Counted from the first letter of the stretch, positions 9,834-19,340 are shown. The stretch is 64,000 nt of DNA from Vicinamibacterales bacterium (GCA_965215105.1 OZ244051.1:4866896-4930895), one strand, 5' to 3'. Notes: generated by a model not told the origin, from the sequence alone. Translations and numbers: made by a program.

Positions 9834-9908
9834 CTACCTCACATGCAGATCCGCAGCCCCGCCCCGGTGGACGGTGGGCTGCGCCGTGTGGTGGCCGTGC
9901 CGCGTCAT
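9834..9908 (-). promoter_or_regulatory. candidate His-rich leader peptide ORF (MTRHGHHTAQPTVHRGGAADLHVR)
   Basis: 24-codon ORF from ATG 9908 to TAG 9834 with His at codons 4, 6, 7, 14 and 22. It ends 35 nt before the terminator stem. No clear Shine-Dalgarno. Confidence 0.35.
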
Positions 9909-10003
9909 GATCTGAAGTACCCTATCCGACGCGGTCTGGTGTGTCAAATCGGCGCCGGCCGGGGCGCCCCCGGCGGAGGCCGGAATCGGTGCGGTGAAGC
10001 GCG

Positions 10004-10729
10004 ATGCCCGAGAACGCCGGGACCGGAGGCGGACGGTGGGTGGCCCTCCATTCGGTCAACGTCCGCATCTGCCACTGGGTCAACGTCGTCGCCGGCGCCT
10101 ACCTGCTGCTGAGCGGCATCCACATCTTTCTCGACTTCCCCGAGCTCTACTGGGGCCATACCGGCTACCAGGGCTACCCGGCGATCTTCCGGCTCGCCGA
10201 CTGGGGCATCTCGTGGGACGAGGCGGGGGCGATGGGGGACCGCCGGTGGGGGCGGAACTACCACTTCACCTTCGCGTGGGTCTTCCTCGTCAACGGGCTC
10301 GTCTACTTCGGCTGGAACGTCGCGACCGGCCGCTTCCGCGAGCGCCTCGTGCCGCGCCGGGACGAGCTCACCGCCGCGCACCTCGGGCGCGACCTGCGCG
10401 CGCACCTCCCCTGGCGCCGGCGCGCGCGCGCCGGCGCCACGAGCTACGGCGTGCTGCAGAAGCTCTCCTATCTCCTCCTGCTCCTGGTCTACGTGCCGCT
10501 GATGACGCTGACGGGGCTCGCGCAGTCGCCCGGCTTCACGGCCGCGATGCCGTGGCTGCTCGACATGTTCGGCGGCCGCCAGTCGGCGCGGACCCTGCAC
10601 ACCGTCGGCACCGTGGTGTTCGTCCTCTTCGTCGCCGTGCACGTGCTGGAGGTGGTGGCGGCCGGCGCCGTCAACCGCATCCGTGCGATGATCACCGGCA
10701 AGCTCCGGTTGCCCGCGGAGGAGTCATGA
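10004..10729 (+). CDS. membrane b-type cytochrome (cytochrome b561 / thiosulfate-reductase cytochrome b-like subunit)
   Basis: 241 aa with several hydrophobic helices and conserved His (ICHWVNV, YHFTFAW, LHTVGT, VAVHVLE). ATGA overlap with the downstream Mo-oxidoreductase gene. Confidence 0.7.
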   Translation: MPENAGTGGGRWVALHSVNVRICHWVNVVAGAYLLLSGIHIFLDFPELYWGHTGYQGYPAIFRLADWGISWDEAGAMGDRRWGRNYHFTFAWVFLVNGLVYFGWNVATGRFRERLVPRRDELTAAHLGRDLRAHLPWRRRARAGATSYGVLQKLSYLLLLLVYVPLMTLTGLAQSPGFTAAMPWLLDMFGGRQSARTLHTVGTVVFVLFVAVHVLEVVAAGAVNRIRAMITGKLRLPAEES

Positions 10730-11514
10730 GCACGCCGATATCCCCACCGCGTCGGATCGCCCGTCCCCGCATCCTCTCCCGGCGCCGCCTGCTGGCGCAG
10801 GTGCCCGCCCTCGGCACGCTGATGGCGGCCGGATGCTCGCGCGACGTCTACGTGCCGCCCCGAGTCCGCGGGGGCCTCGTCGGCGCCGCCGACGTGCTCA
10901 CCATGAGCACCAACCGGCTGCTGCTCCGCGACCAGCCGCTGGCCCGCGAGTACGGGCCGGAGGACATCGCGCCCGACTTCCCGACCTGGGGCCAGACCAA
11001 CCCCGACGACGAGGAGTACCAGCGCCACCGGCGGGAGGGGTTCCGCGACTGGCGCCTGCCGGTCGGCGGACTCGTCGGCCGCCCGACCTCGTTCTCGCTC
11101 GACGACATCCGGCGGCTGCCGTCGCGCACCCAGATCACCGCCCACGTCTGCGAGCAGGGCTGGTCGGCCATCGCCGAGTGGACCGGCGCGCCCCTGCTGC
11201 GGGTGCTCGAGGCGGCGGGCGGGCTGAAGCCGGAGGCGCGCTACGTGATGCTCGACACCGTCGACGGCTGGTACGAGGGCATCGACCTGTTCGAGGTCGT
11301 GCACCCGCAGACCATCCTCGCCTGGGGCCTCAACTGCGGCGACCTGCCCGTCGGCAACGGCGCGCCGCTGCGGCTGCGCGTCGAGCGCCAGTGCGGCTAC
11401 AAGAACCTGAAGTTCCTGAAGTCCATCCGGGCCGTGGACTCGATGGCCGGCTTCGGCCGCGGCACCGGCGGCATCAACTCCGACTGGGGATTCCACTGGT
11501 ACGCCGGCGTGTAG
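10726..11514 (+). CDS. sulfite-oxidase-family molybdopterin oxidoreductase (YedY/MsrP-like), Tat/lipoprotein signal
   Basis: 262 aa. SRRRLLAQVPALGTLMAAGC signal, HVCEQGWSAIAEWTGAPL, GAPLRLRVERQCGYKNLKFL. Confidence 0.85.
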   Translation: MSTPISPPRRIARPRILSRRRLLAQVPALGTLMAAGCSRDVYVPPRVRGGLVGAADVLTMSTNRLLLRDQPLAREYGPEDIAPDFPTWGQTNPDDEEYQRHRREGFRDWRLPVGGLVGRPTSFSLDDIRRLPSRTQITAHVCEQGWSAIAEWTGAPLLRVLEAAGGLKPEARYVMLDTVDGWYEGIDLFEVVHPQTILAWGLNCGDLPVGNGAPLRLRVERQCGYKNLKFLKSIRAVDSMAGFGRGTGGINSDWGFHWYAGV

Positions 11515-11867
11515 GGAGCCGTGGCAGGGGCCCTGCCGCCTTTCCTGGTGATGGTTCCGGGGCCGATGGGTTCCGGGCCGGCTCGGCAGTCGGTGGCGGC
11601 ACGCCGCGTTGCCCCGCGGGGCGTCGGTCCGCCCACACGGGTAATTCACACACGACGCCCGATTGCCGATAGACTAATGGACTGCTCTGTGGCGACGGAG
11701 CGGACTTCCACAGTTGGGTTGGACGAGAAGACCGGAACCGGGAGGCGATCTGCCGGATGGACGGCCGCATGCACGACGAGACGTCGCGGGCACCGGGACA
11801 CCGATACGGAGCGTGCGCGTCGCCGGCGGGGCCGGCGGGCGCCCGCCGCCGGGGGGCGAATCCCGCG

Positions 11868-14800
11868 ATGGCCCTTGTCGTCGCCGTGCTCGCCGCGGCG
11901 GCGTTGCCCGCGGCGGGTCAGGTGTCTCCCACCGTGGTCGTGGCGCCGTTCACGAACGTGAGCCGCCAACCGGCCGACGACTGGATCGGCGCGGGCATCG
12001 CGGAGACCATCGCCATCGATCTGCAGGGCGCGGGGTTGGCGGTGGTGGAGCTCGGCGCCGCCGATCCGAAGCGCCTCGAGTACCGCGGCGCCCCGCGCGG
12101 CTCCGACCTCGCCGCGTATCGCCGGCAGGGCGCCGTCTGGTTGATCGACGGCACCCTGCAGCGGGTGGGAGACGCCCTGCGCATCACCACCCGGATCGTG
12201 GACATCGAGACCGGCGCGGTCGAGTTCGGCACCCGGTTGGACGGCGGGGTCGCCGACCTCTTCGACGTGCAGGACGAGGTCGCCGCGGTGCTTGCGGCGC
12301 GCCTCTCGGCGGCCGCGGAGGGCGGGTACGTCACCGCGGCCGGGAACGCGCCGCGTGACCCCGCCGCCAGGCTCGAACGGGGTCGCCGCGGCCCGGCCCG
12401 GCTCGCCCCGGCGTTCCGGAACGCGCCGGTCCCGCCCGTCGCCGCCGCGGTGCGGCCCTCGGGCGCCGGCCTGCGGCCCGCCGCGCCCGAGGGCCGCACG
12501 CCGGCCGAGCCTCGGCCCCCCGCGCCATCGGCCGGGTCCGAGCAGCCGGTCAGCGGCAGGCTGGCCTTCGGCTCCGCTCCCGCCGGCGGGTCCGCGCCGC
12601 CCCCGGCCGCCGGGCAGCGCCGGCGCCAGACCGGTGGCGGCGCTGGAGGCTTCGCCCCGACCCCGCTGGGCCGGCCGACCGCGGTCATCGGGCGGACGAA
12701 CACCCCGCCCGAGATCGACGGCCGGCTCGACGACTCGGTCTGGGAGACCGCCACCCACATCACCGACTTCGTCCAGATCGCGCCGGTCGAGGGCGCGCCG
12801 GGGTCGGAGGAGACCGAGGTGTGGATGGCCTACGACAGCGACCATCTCTACTTCGCCTTCTACGCCCACTACACGCGGCCCGAGACCATGCGCATCAACC
12901 GGGCCGACCGCGAGGAGATACGCGGCGACGACCGCATGGCGATCCTGTTCGACCCGTTCCTGGACCAGCAGCGGGCGTACCAGTTCGAGGTGAACGGCTA
13001 CGGCGTGCAGGCCGACTCGCTCGTGAACGCCGACGGCAGCACCGGGTTCTCGCGGTCGAGCGGCAGCGGGTCGGCGAGCCGGGGCAGCGGTCCGCGGCGC
13101 AGCGGCGGCAGCGGCATGAGCAGCTCGGGGCAGTTCGGCATCCGCGGCGACGACTCGTGGAACGCGCTCTTCGACAGCGGCGGCCAGGTCGTCGCCGACG
13201 GCTGGACGGCGGAGATGCGGATTCCGTTCAAGAGCCTGCGGTATCCGTCCCGCGCGGCGGGGGTGGGCCACCGGTGGGGGTTCCAGATCACCCGGGTCAT
13301 CCGCGACAAGTCCGAGGCGCAGTCGTGGTCGCCGATCTCGCGCGGCGTGGCGGGCCAGCTCACGCAGTTCGGCACCCTCGAGGGCCTGTCCGCCATGTCG
13401 CTGAGCCGCAACCTCGAGCTCCTGCCCGAGGTGACCGGCTTCAGGCTCGGCGCGCTCGACACCGGCACCGGCGAGTACTCTGCCGACGACCCCTCCGGCG
13501 AGCTGGGCTTCGGCGTCAAGTACGGCATCACGCCGAACCTGACGGCGGACGTCACCTACAACCCCGACTTCTCGCAGATCGAGTCGGACCGGCCGCAGAT
13601 CGAGACCAACCAGCGCTTCGCGTTGTTCTATCCCGAGCAGCGTCCGTTCTTCCTCGAGGGGCAGGAGATCTTCCAGACCGCGACGCCGCTGACGCTGGTG
13701 CACACCCGCACCATCGTCGACCCCCGCTTCGGCGGCAAGCTGACCGGCAAGGTGGGCCAGACCACGCTGGGGTTCGTGGTGGCCGACGACGAGGCGGCGG
13801 GCCGTCTCGACGACACCGGCCACCCGCAGTACGGGACCACCGCGCAGACCGTCCTCGGGCGCGCCCGCTACGACTTCTATGCCGAGTCGTATCTCGGCGC
13901 CATCATGACGGCGCGGGAGTTCGGCGCCGACCACAACCGGGTCGCCGGCATCGACGGGCGTTTCCGGCTGGGCCGGACCCACCGCGTGAGCTTCCTCGCG
14001 GCGGGCTCGGAGACGCAGGACGAGGCGGTCGGCTCGCTCTCCGGGGGGGCGTTCGAGGCCGATTTCTCGAAGCAGGGACGCAACGTCAGCTACAATGTCG
14101 CCCACAGCCGCATCGACCCCGGCTTCCTCACGAATTCCGGCTTCCTGCCGCGCGTCGACCTCCAGCAGACCAGCGGCACCGCGTCGTACCGCTGGTGGCC
14201 CGAGTCGACGGTGATGACGTGGGGCCCCTCGGTGACCTACCTGCGCCTGTACGACCACTCGGGCACGCTGCAGGACGAGCAGCTCCAGGGCACCGCGAGC
14301 TTCTCGTTCCGCAACAACATGGCCATCACCGGCATGGTCAACCGCGACCTCGAGCGCTACGGGGCCGTCGACTTCCGGAAGACCGGCTTCGGCTTCTTCG
14401 GGGTCATGAGCGCGCGCATCCTGTCGGTCTACGGCGGCTACAACTGGGGCGACGGCATCCTCTACGACGCCGACAGCCCCTACCTGGGCTGGTCGACGGT
14501 CGGCAACGTCAACTTCCGTTTCCAGCCCACGTCCCGGCTGCGGACGGAGTTCACCATGGTGTCGAGCGACTTCGTCGAGCCGATCTCGCAGACCGACATC
14601 TTCAACGTCAAGATCTTCCGCACCCGCACCACCTACCAGTTCACCGACCGGCTGCTGGCGCGCTACATCATGGAGCACAACACCGCGGCCACGACCCTCG
14701 GCAACAACGTGCTCTTCACCTACCGGGTGAACGCCGGCACCGTCATCTTCCTCGGCTACGACGACCGCTACCGGCAGGGCATGATGATCGACAGCCTGCT

Positions 14801-14873
14801 GTTCCCGACCACCGAGCTGCTACGGACGAACCGCGCCTTCTTCGGCAAGATCTCGTATCTGTTCCGGTACTGA
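11868..14873 (+). CDS. large secreted/outer-membrane protein, DUF5916 / CBM9-like C-terminal region with an unrelated N-terminal domain
   Basis: Start at MALVVAVLAAAALPAAGQ (signal-like; residue 38 of ORF 11757..14873). IDGRLDDSVWE...WMAYDSDHLYFAF block, with a beta-strand-rich, aromatic C-terminus ending ...KISYLFRY. Confidence 0.7.
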   Translation: MALVVAVLAAAALPAAGQVSPTVVVAPFTNVSRQPADDWIGAGIAETIAIDLQGAGLAVVELGAADPKRLEYRGAPRGSDLAAYRRQGAVWLIDGTLQRVGDALRITTRIVDIETGAVEFGTRLDGGVADLFDVQDEVAAVLAARLSAAAEGGYVTAAGNAPRDPAARLERGRRGPARLAPAFRNAPVPPVAAAVRPSGAGLRPAAPEGRTPAEPRPPAPSAGSEQPVSGRLAFGSAPAGGSAPPPAAGQRRRQTGGGAGGFAPTPLGRPTAVIGRTNTPPEIDGRLDDSVWETATHITDFVQIAPVEGAPGSEETEVWMAYDSDHLYFAFYAHYTRPETMRINRADREEIRGDDRMAILFDPFLDQQRAYQFEVNGYGVQADSLVNADGSTGFSRSSGSGSASRGSGPRRSGGSGMSSSGQFGIRGDDSWNALFDSGGQVVADGWTAEMRIPFKSLRYPSRAAGVGHRWGFQITRVIRDKSEAQSWSPISRGVAGQLTQFGTLEGLSAMSLSRNLELLPEVTGFRLGALDTGTGEYSADDPSGELGFGVKYGITPNLTADVTYNPDFSQIESDRPQIETNQRFALFYPEQRPFFLEGQEIFQTATPLTLVHTRTIVDPRFGGKLTGKVGQTTLGFVVADDEAAGRLDDTGHPQYGTTAQTVLGRARYDFYAESYLGAIMTAREFGADHNRVAGIDGRFRLGRTHRVSFLAAGSETQDEAVGSLSGGAFEADFSKQGRNVSYNVAHSRIDPGFLTNSGFLPRVDLQQTSGTASYRWWPESTVMTWGPSVTYLRLYDHSGTLQDEQLQGTASFSFRNNMAITGMVNRDLERYGAVDFRKTGFGFFGVMSARILSVYGGYNWGDGILYDADSPYLGWSTVGNVNFRFQPTSRLRTEFTMVSSDFVEPISQTDIFNVKIFRTRTTYQFTDRLLARYIMEHNTAATTLGNNVLFTYRVNAGTVIFLGYDDRYRQGMMIDSLLFPTTELLRTNRAFFGKISYLFRY

Positions 14874-14979
14874 TCTGCACGCCGCCCATCCACTTGTTCC
14901 AGGTCTGAATCTCGCGGTCACCGTCCGCCACCGCCAGCGGCATGGCGACCACCCGGCCGGCCGCGCGGGGGGAGGCCCC

Positions 14980-16131
14980 ATGAGCGAATCGGATTCCGGC
15001 ATCACCCTCGGCATCGAGGAGGAGTTCTTCCTCGTCGATCCCGAGACGCGCGATCTGCTGTCCGATCCGGACCGGCGCATCTTCGAGGCGTGCGAGCGGA
15101 ACCGCGGCCCCCACAACGCGGTGCCCGAGTTCCTGCGGTCGCAGATCGAGACCGGCACGAAGGTCTGCGGGACGGTGAGCGAGGCGCGCGAGGCGCTGCG
15201 CGAGACCCGCCGGCTGGTCGTCGAGGCGGCGGCCGAGCACGGCGCCGCGGTGATGGCCGCCTCGACGCACCCGTTCGCGGCGTGGCGGGCGCAGATGGTC
15301 ACCCCGAAGCAGCGCTACGAGCGCTTCGTGGTCACGTTCCAGGAGAGCCTGCGGCGGCTCGTCATCGGCGGCATGCACATCCACGCCGGCTTCGGCGACC
15401 CCGACTCGCGCATCCGGGTCATGACCGCGCTCCGGCGCTACCTCCCCCTGCTGCACGCGCTGTCGACCTCGTCGCCGTTCAACGGCGGCCGGGAGACCGG
15501 GTTCAAGAGCTACCGCCTGACCATCATGGGGGCGATCCCTCGCACCAGCCTGCCCGGCCCGCTGTCGACGCGCGCCGACTACGACCTGCTCGTGGACGCC
15601 TACATGCGCATGAGGTTCATCGACAGCGCGAGCGAGCTGTGGTGGGACATCCGCCCCTCCGACGCCTTTCCCACCGTCGAGATGCGCATCTGCGACACCT
15701 GCCCGAGCATCGACGACGCGGTGACCATCACGGCGCTGTACTCGTCGCTCGTCCGGCGCCTGATGCGGCTCGATCGCGAAGGCCGGCTGCCCCCCGAGCC
15801 GCCAACGGAGATCATCGCCGAGAACCGGTGGCTCGCGCAGCGCTACGGCGTGCTCGCGTTCTTCGGCGACGACGGGAGCGAGGGCCGGGTGGACATCGAG
15901 GACCATGCCGCCGCCCTCGTGGAGCAGCTCGCCGACGACGCGCGCGCCCTCGGCTGCGAGGCCGAGCTGCGCCGCGTGACCGACATCATCCGCGACGGCA
16001 CCGGCGCCGACCGGCAGATCGACCACTTCCGCCTCCGACGCCTGGAGGGCGACACCGAGGAGGAGGCCCTGCGGTCCGTCGTCGATCTGGTGGTCGCCGA
16101 GACGCGGGAGGGCATCGACGCCCGCGCGTAG
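14980..16131 (+). CDS. ybdK: carboxylate-amine ligase, YbdK / glutamate-cysteine ligase family 2
   Basis: 383 aa. LGIEEEFFLVD, GMHIHAG, SSPF..G..TG..SYR, WWDIRPS...PTVEMRICD. Confidence 0.85.
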   Translation: MSESDSGITLGIEEEFFLVDPETRDLLSDPDRRIFEACERNRGPHNAVPEFLRSQIETGTKVCGTVSEAREALRETRRLVVEAAAEHGAAVMAASTHPFAAWRAQMVTPKQRYERFVVTFQESLRRLVIGGMHIHAGFGDPDSRIRVMTALRRYLPLLHALSTSSPFNGGRETGFKSYRLTIMGAIPRTSLPGPLSTRADYDLLVDAYMRMRFIDSASELWWDIRPSDAFPTVEMRICDTCPSIDDAVTITALYSSLVRRLMRLDREGRLPPEPPTEIIAENRWLAQRYGVLAFFGDDGSEGRVDIEDHAAALVEQLADDARALGCEAELRRVTDIIRDGTGADRQIDHFRLRRLEGDTEEEALRSVVDLVVAETREGIDARA

Positions 16132-16232
16132 TGCGTCGCCGCGGCGTTCGCGGCGCCGGGTCCTGCGTCTCGTCGAGGGGGCGGGTGAACGCCCCGCGTC
16201 CACCGTTCTCCCCGCCGTCGCCGCCTCGACGT

Positions 16233-16826
16233 TCACCGCCCGCCGTCCTGGCGCGCGCCTGACGGCGCCTCCAGCGGCAGGGCCGTCGACGCCTTCACCT
16301 CGTTGACGACGATGCTCGTGTGGATGCGGTCGACCCCGTCGATCCGCATCAGCCTCTCGAAGAGCATCGTCTCGAGCGTCTTGTGGTTCGGCACCACGAT
16401 CTTGATCAGGTAGTCGGACTCCCCGGTCAGGTAGTGGCACTCGAGAACCTCGGGAATCCCCTGCACCTCGTCGCGGAAGCGCGCGACGCAGTCGGGTCGG
16501 TGGTGGGCCAGCTTGACCTCGACGAAGCAGAGCAGGTCGAGGCCGACCGCCTCGCGGTCGACGAGCGTCGTGTACCCCCGGATGACTCCGGTCGCCTCCA
16601 GCCGCCGCACCCGGCGCTGCAGCCCCGGCGGCGACAGGCCCAGCCGCCTCGCGAGATCGACGCTCGTCGCCCGGCCGTGCCGTTGCAGCAGCCCCAGCAG
16701 CCGCCGATCGAGGTCGTCGAGCCGCGGCGGCCAGTCCCCGCCGCGCGTCCCCGTCGCCCGCCGTCCCTGCGCTTCCGTCTGGCCGTTCATCGACGAATCG
16801 TTCGAGTTGATTGGTTTGTTAGTCAT
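16233..16826 (-). CDS. Lrp/AsnC family transcriptional regulator
   Basis: LDDLDRRLLGLLQRHGRATSVDLARRLGLSPPGLQRRVRRLEATGVI plus a RAM/ACT-like C-terminus. The N-terminal extension makes the start uncertain. Confidence 0.85.
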   Translation of the reverse strand: MTNKPINSNDSSMNGQTEAQGRRATGTRGGDWPPRLDDLDRRLLGLLQRHGRATSVDLARRLGLSPPGLQRRVRRLEATGVIRGYTTLVDREAVGLDLLCFVEVKLAHHRPDCVARFRDEVQGIPEVLECHYLTGESDYLIKIVVPNHKTLETMLFERLMRIDGVDRIHTSIVVNEVKASTALPLEAPSGARQDGGR

Positions 16827-16918
16827 CAGGGTCCGTTTGGCTCATAAAAAAAGCAAGTAATGTCATTCAGAGATTTTAGTTGTTGAATGATATCAGAAAG
16901 TGTTGCTATCGTGAGTAC

Positions 16919-18127
16919 ATGTCAGTCGCGACCCTCGATCACCCGGGGAGCACCGCCGCCGCGGCGCCGCCGGGAATGGCCCGCTCGCGTCTCCGCGAGT
17001 TCGCGCTGCTGCCGCCGCGGCCCGGCTTCGTGTCGCTCGCCGGGGGCCTCCCCGCCCCCGAGCTGATACCGCGCGCCGCCTATGCCCGGGCCCTCAGCGA
17101 TGTCCTGACCGACGACGCCGCCGCGATGCAGTACGGCCCGCCGCACGAGCCGCTCCGCGAGCGCATCGTCGAGCTGATGCGCGAGCGGGGCATCGACTGC
17201 GACCCCCGCCAGGTGCTGCTGACGTCGGGCGCCCAGCAGGCGCTGAGCCTCGCCGCGCAACTGCTCCTGGCGCCGGGGGCCGAGGTGCTCACCGAAGAGC
17301 ACGTCTACGCCGGCCTGCGCCAGGCGCTCCTGCCGTACCGGCCGTCCATCCTGACCGTCCGCACGGACCACGACACCGGCATGGACGTCGACGGCGTCCG
17401 CGCCCTCCAGGCGCGGGGGGCGCGGCCCGCGTTCATCTACGCGATGGCCGACACCCACAACCCGTGCGGCGTCCGCCTCGGCCGCGAGCAGCGCCGGGGG
17501 CTCGCCGCGCTGGCGCGCCGGTTCGGCGTCCCCGTCGTCGAGGACGACACCTACGGGCTGCTGCGCTACGACGGCGACTGGCTGCCCGCCCTGCGCGCGC
17601 TCGACCCCGAGTGGGTCGTCTACGCCGGCAGCTTCTCGAAGATCCTCGCGCCCGCGCTGCGCCTCGGCTGGCTCGTGCTGCCGCCGCGCCTCGCGGCCGG
17701 GGCCGGGGTGCTCAAGGAGGCGGCCGACCTGGAGTGCTCGGCCCTCACCCAGCGCGCCGTCGCCCGGCTGCTGCGGCACGGCTTCGCGGGCCATCTCGAC
17801 CGCATCCGCGCCGCCTACCGGCGCCGGCGCGACGCCATGCTCGCGGCCCTGCGCGACCACTTCCCCGAGGGCGCCCGGTGGACGCGTCCCCCCGGCGGCT
17901 TCTTCGTGTGGGTCGAGCTGCCGCGCGGGCTCGACGCCGACCGCCTCTGCGAGGAGGCGCTGGCCGAGGCCCGCGTCGCCGTCGTGCCGGGGTCCGCCTT
18001 CGCGGTGGCGGCCGGGGCGCCGGCGAACCGCCTGCGCCTCAGCTTCTCGAGCTGCGCCCCCGACGACATCCGGACCGCCGTCGAGCGTCTCGGATGGCTG
18101 CTCCATCGGAGACTGCGCCATGCCTGA
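16919..18127 (+). CDS. PLP-dependent class I/II aminotransferase
   Basis: Start at MSVATLDH (residue 14 of ORF 16880..18127). SGAQQAL, NPCG, YAGSFSKILAPALRLGW (PLP Lys), and a C-terminal RLSFS motif. Confidence 0.85.
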   Translation: MSVATLDHPGSTAAAAPPGMARSRLREFALLPPRPGFVSLAGGLPAPELIPRAAYARALSDVLTDDAAAMQYGPPHEPLRERIVELMRERGIDCDPRQVLLTSGAQQALSLAAQLLLAPGAEVLTEEHVYAGLRQALLPYRPSILTVRTDHDTGMDVDGVRALQARGARPAFIYAMADTHNPCGVRLGREQRRGLAALARRFGVPVVEDDTYGLLRYDGDWLPALRALDPEWVVYAGSFSKILAPALRLGWLVLPPRLAAGAGVLKEAADLECSALTQRAVARLLRHGFAGHLDRIRAAYRRRRDAMLAALRDHFPEGARWTRPPGGFFVWVELPRGLDADRLCEEALAEARVAVVPGSAFAVAAGAPANRLRLSFSSCAPDDIRTAVERLGWLLHRRLRHA

Positions 18128-18264
18128 CCGATTTCCCATTCGCCGCATCGACCATTCCATCGGAGACCGCGCGGTGGCTGACCGATTTCCCATTCGCCGC
18201 ATCGACCATTCCATCGGAGACCGCGCGGTGGCTGACCGATTTCCCATTCGCCGCATCGACCACA
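18103..18264. repeat. 54-bp x3 tandem repeat spanning the aminotransferase stop / hppD start junction
   Basis: The unit ccatcggagac.gcgc......ctgaccgatttcccattcgccgcatcgacca.. occupies 18103-18156, 18157-18210 and 18211-18264. Copy 1 carries ATGCCTGA (start/stop overlap). Copies 2 and 3 carry GTGGCTGA and match each other except for their last three bases (att in copy 2, aca in copy 3). Confidence 0.9.
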
Positions 18265-19340
18265 TCGAGCTTCACGTCGGGAACGCCCGGCAGGCCGCCG
18301 CGTTCTACCGGCACGCGTTCGGCTTCCGCGTCGCCGCCTACCGCGGCCTCGAGACGGGATGCCGCGAGACGACCTCGTACGTCCTCGAGTGCCGGGCGAT
18401 CCGCTTCGTGCTCACGAGCGGCCTCGCTCCCGACCACCCCGCCGCCCGGTTCGCCCATGCGCACGGCGACGGGGTGGCGGTCGTCGCCCTCGAGGTGCCC
18501 GACGCGGCGTACGCCTTCGCGGAGGCGCGCCGGCGCGGCGCGGCCGGCGCGGCCCCGCTGGTCGAGGAGCGGGACGCGCACGGCGTCTTCCGGTCCGCGG
18601 CCGTCCGCGCCTACGGCGACACCGTGATCCGGTTCGTCGAGCGGCGGGGCTACGACGGCGTCTTCGCCCCGGGGTTCGAGCCGCACGGCGCGTCCGAGGT
18701 GCCGGCCGACGACGTCGGCCTCGCCGCCGTCGACCACGTCGTCGCCAACGTCGAGCTGGGCCAGATGGACCGCTGGGTGCGGTTCTTCGCGGAGACGATG
18801 GGGTTCAGCGAGATGCTGCACTTCGACGACGAGGCCATCTCCACCGAGTACTCCGCCCTCATGTCGAAGGTCATGCAGGACGGGGCGGGCCGCATCAAGT
18901 TCCCCATCAACGAGCCCGCGTCGGGCCGCCGCAAGTCGCAGGTCGCCGAGTACCTCGACTACTTCGGGGGCCCCGGCGTCCAGCACGTGGCGCTCGCGAC
19001 CCGCGACATCGTGGAGACCGTCTCGCGGATGCGCGCGCGCGGCCTCGCGTTCCTGCCCGTGCCCGACGCCTACTACGACGACCTCGGGGCGCGCGTCCCC
19101 GCCGTCGCGCCGTACGTCGGCGAGCTCGCCCGCCTCGGCATCCTCGCCGACCGCGACGAGGACGGGTACCTGCTGCAGGTCTTCACCCAGCCCGTCCAGG
19201 ACCGGCCGACGCTGTTCTTCGAGGTCATCGAGCGGCGCGGGGCGAGGGGCTTCGGGCAGGGCAACTTCAAGTCGCTCTTCGAGGCGATCGAGCGCGAGCA
19301 GGCGCGCCGGGGCAACCTCGTCGAGGCGGTGGCGTCATGA
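18120..19340 (+). CDS. hppD: 4-hydroxyphenylpyruvate dioxygenase
   Basis: 406-aa ORF. IDHIELHVGNARQAA, DHVVANVELG, GVQHVAL, LLQVFT, FFEVIERRG...GFGQGNFKSLFEAIE. The first 36 codons are the repeat (DRFPIRRIDHSIGDRAVA x2). An alternative GTG start at 18228 is in copy 3. Confidence 0.9.
   Translation: MPDRFPIRRIDHSIGDRAVADRFPIRRIDHSIGDRAVADRFPIRRIDHIELHVGNARQAAAFYRHAFGFRVAAYRGLETGCRETTSYVLECRAIRFVLTSGLAPDHPAARFAHAHGDGVAVVALEVPDAAYAFAEARRRGAAGAAPLVEERDAHGVFRSAAVRAYGDTVIRFVERRGYDGVFAPGFEPHGASEVPADDVGLAAVDHVVANVELGQMDRWVRFFAETMGFSEMLHFDDEAISTEYSALMSKVMQDGAGRIKFPINEPASGRRKSQVAEYLDYFGGPGVQHVALATRDIVETVSRMRARGLAFLPVPDAYYDDLGARVPAVAPYVGELARLGILADRDEDGYLLQVFTQPVQDRPTLFFEVIERRGARGFGQGNFKSLFEAIEREQARRGNLVEAVAS

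Noticed and set aside
11646-14678. 1010-aa minus-strand ORF antisense to the DUF5916-like gene. The same class includes 28171..32214 (+, 1347 aa), 32248..34788 (+), 48168..51974 (+, 1268 aa), 58281..60464 (+), 60214..61989 (+), 62083..63765 (-) and 25..1287 (+).
   Set aside because: These are typical high-GC antisense or off-frame open frames. Their translations are Arg/Pro/Gly/Ala-rich low complexity without motifs, and each fully overlaps a gene with clear family signatures on the other strand or frame.
16827-16918. Divergent AT-rich promoter region between the Lrp-family gene and the aminotransferase gene (TTGAAT-N18-TATCGT).
   Set aside because: It is plausible, but the hexamers are weak and I cannot define Lrp boxes by eye. 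It was left unannotated rather than over-called.
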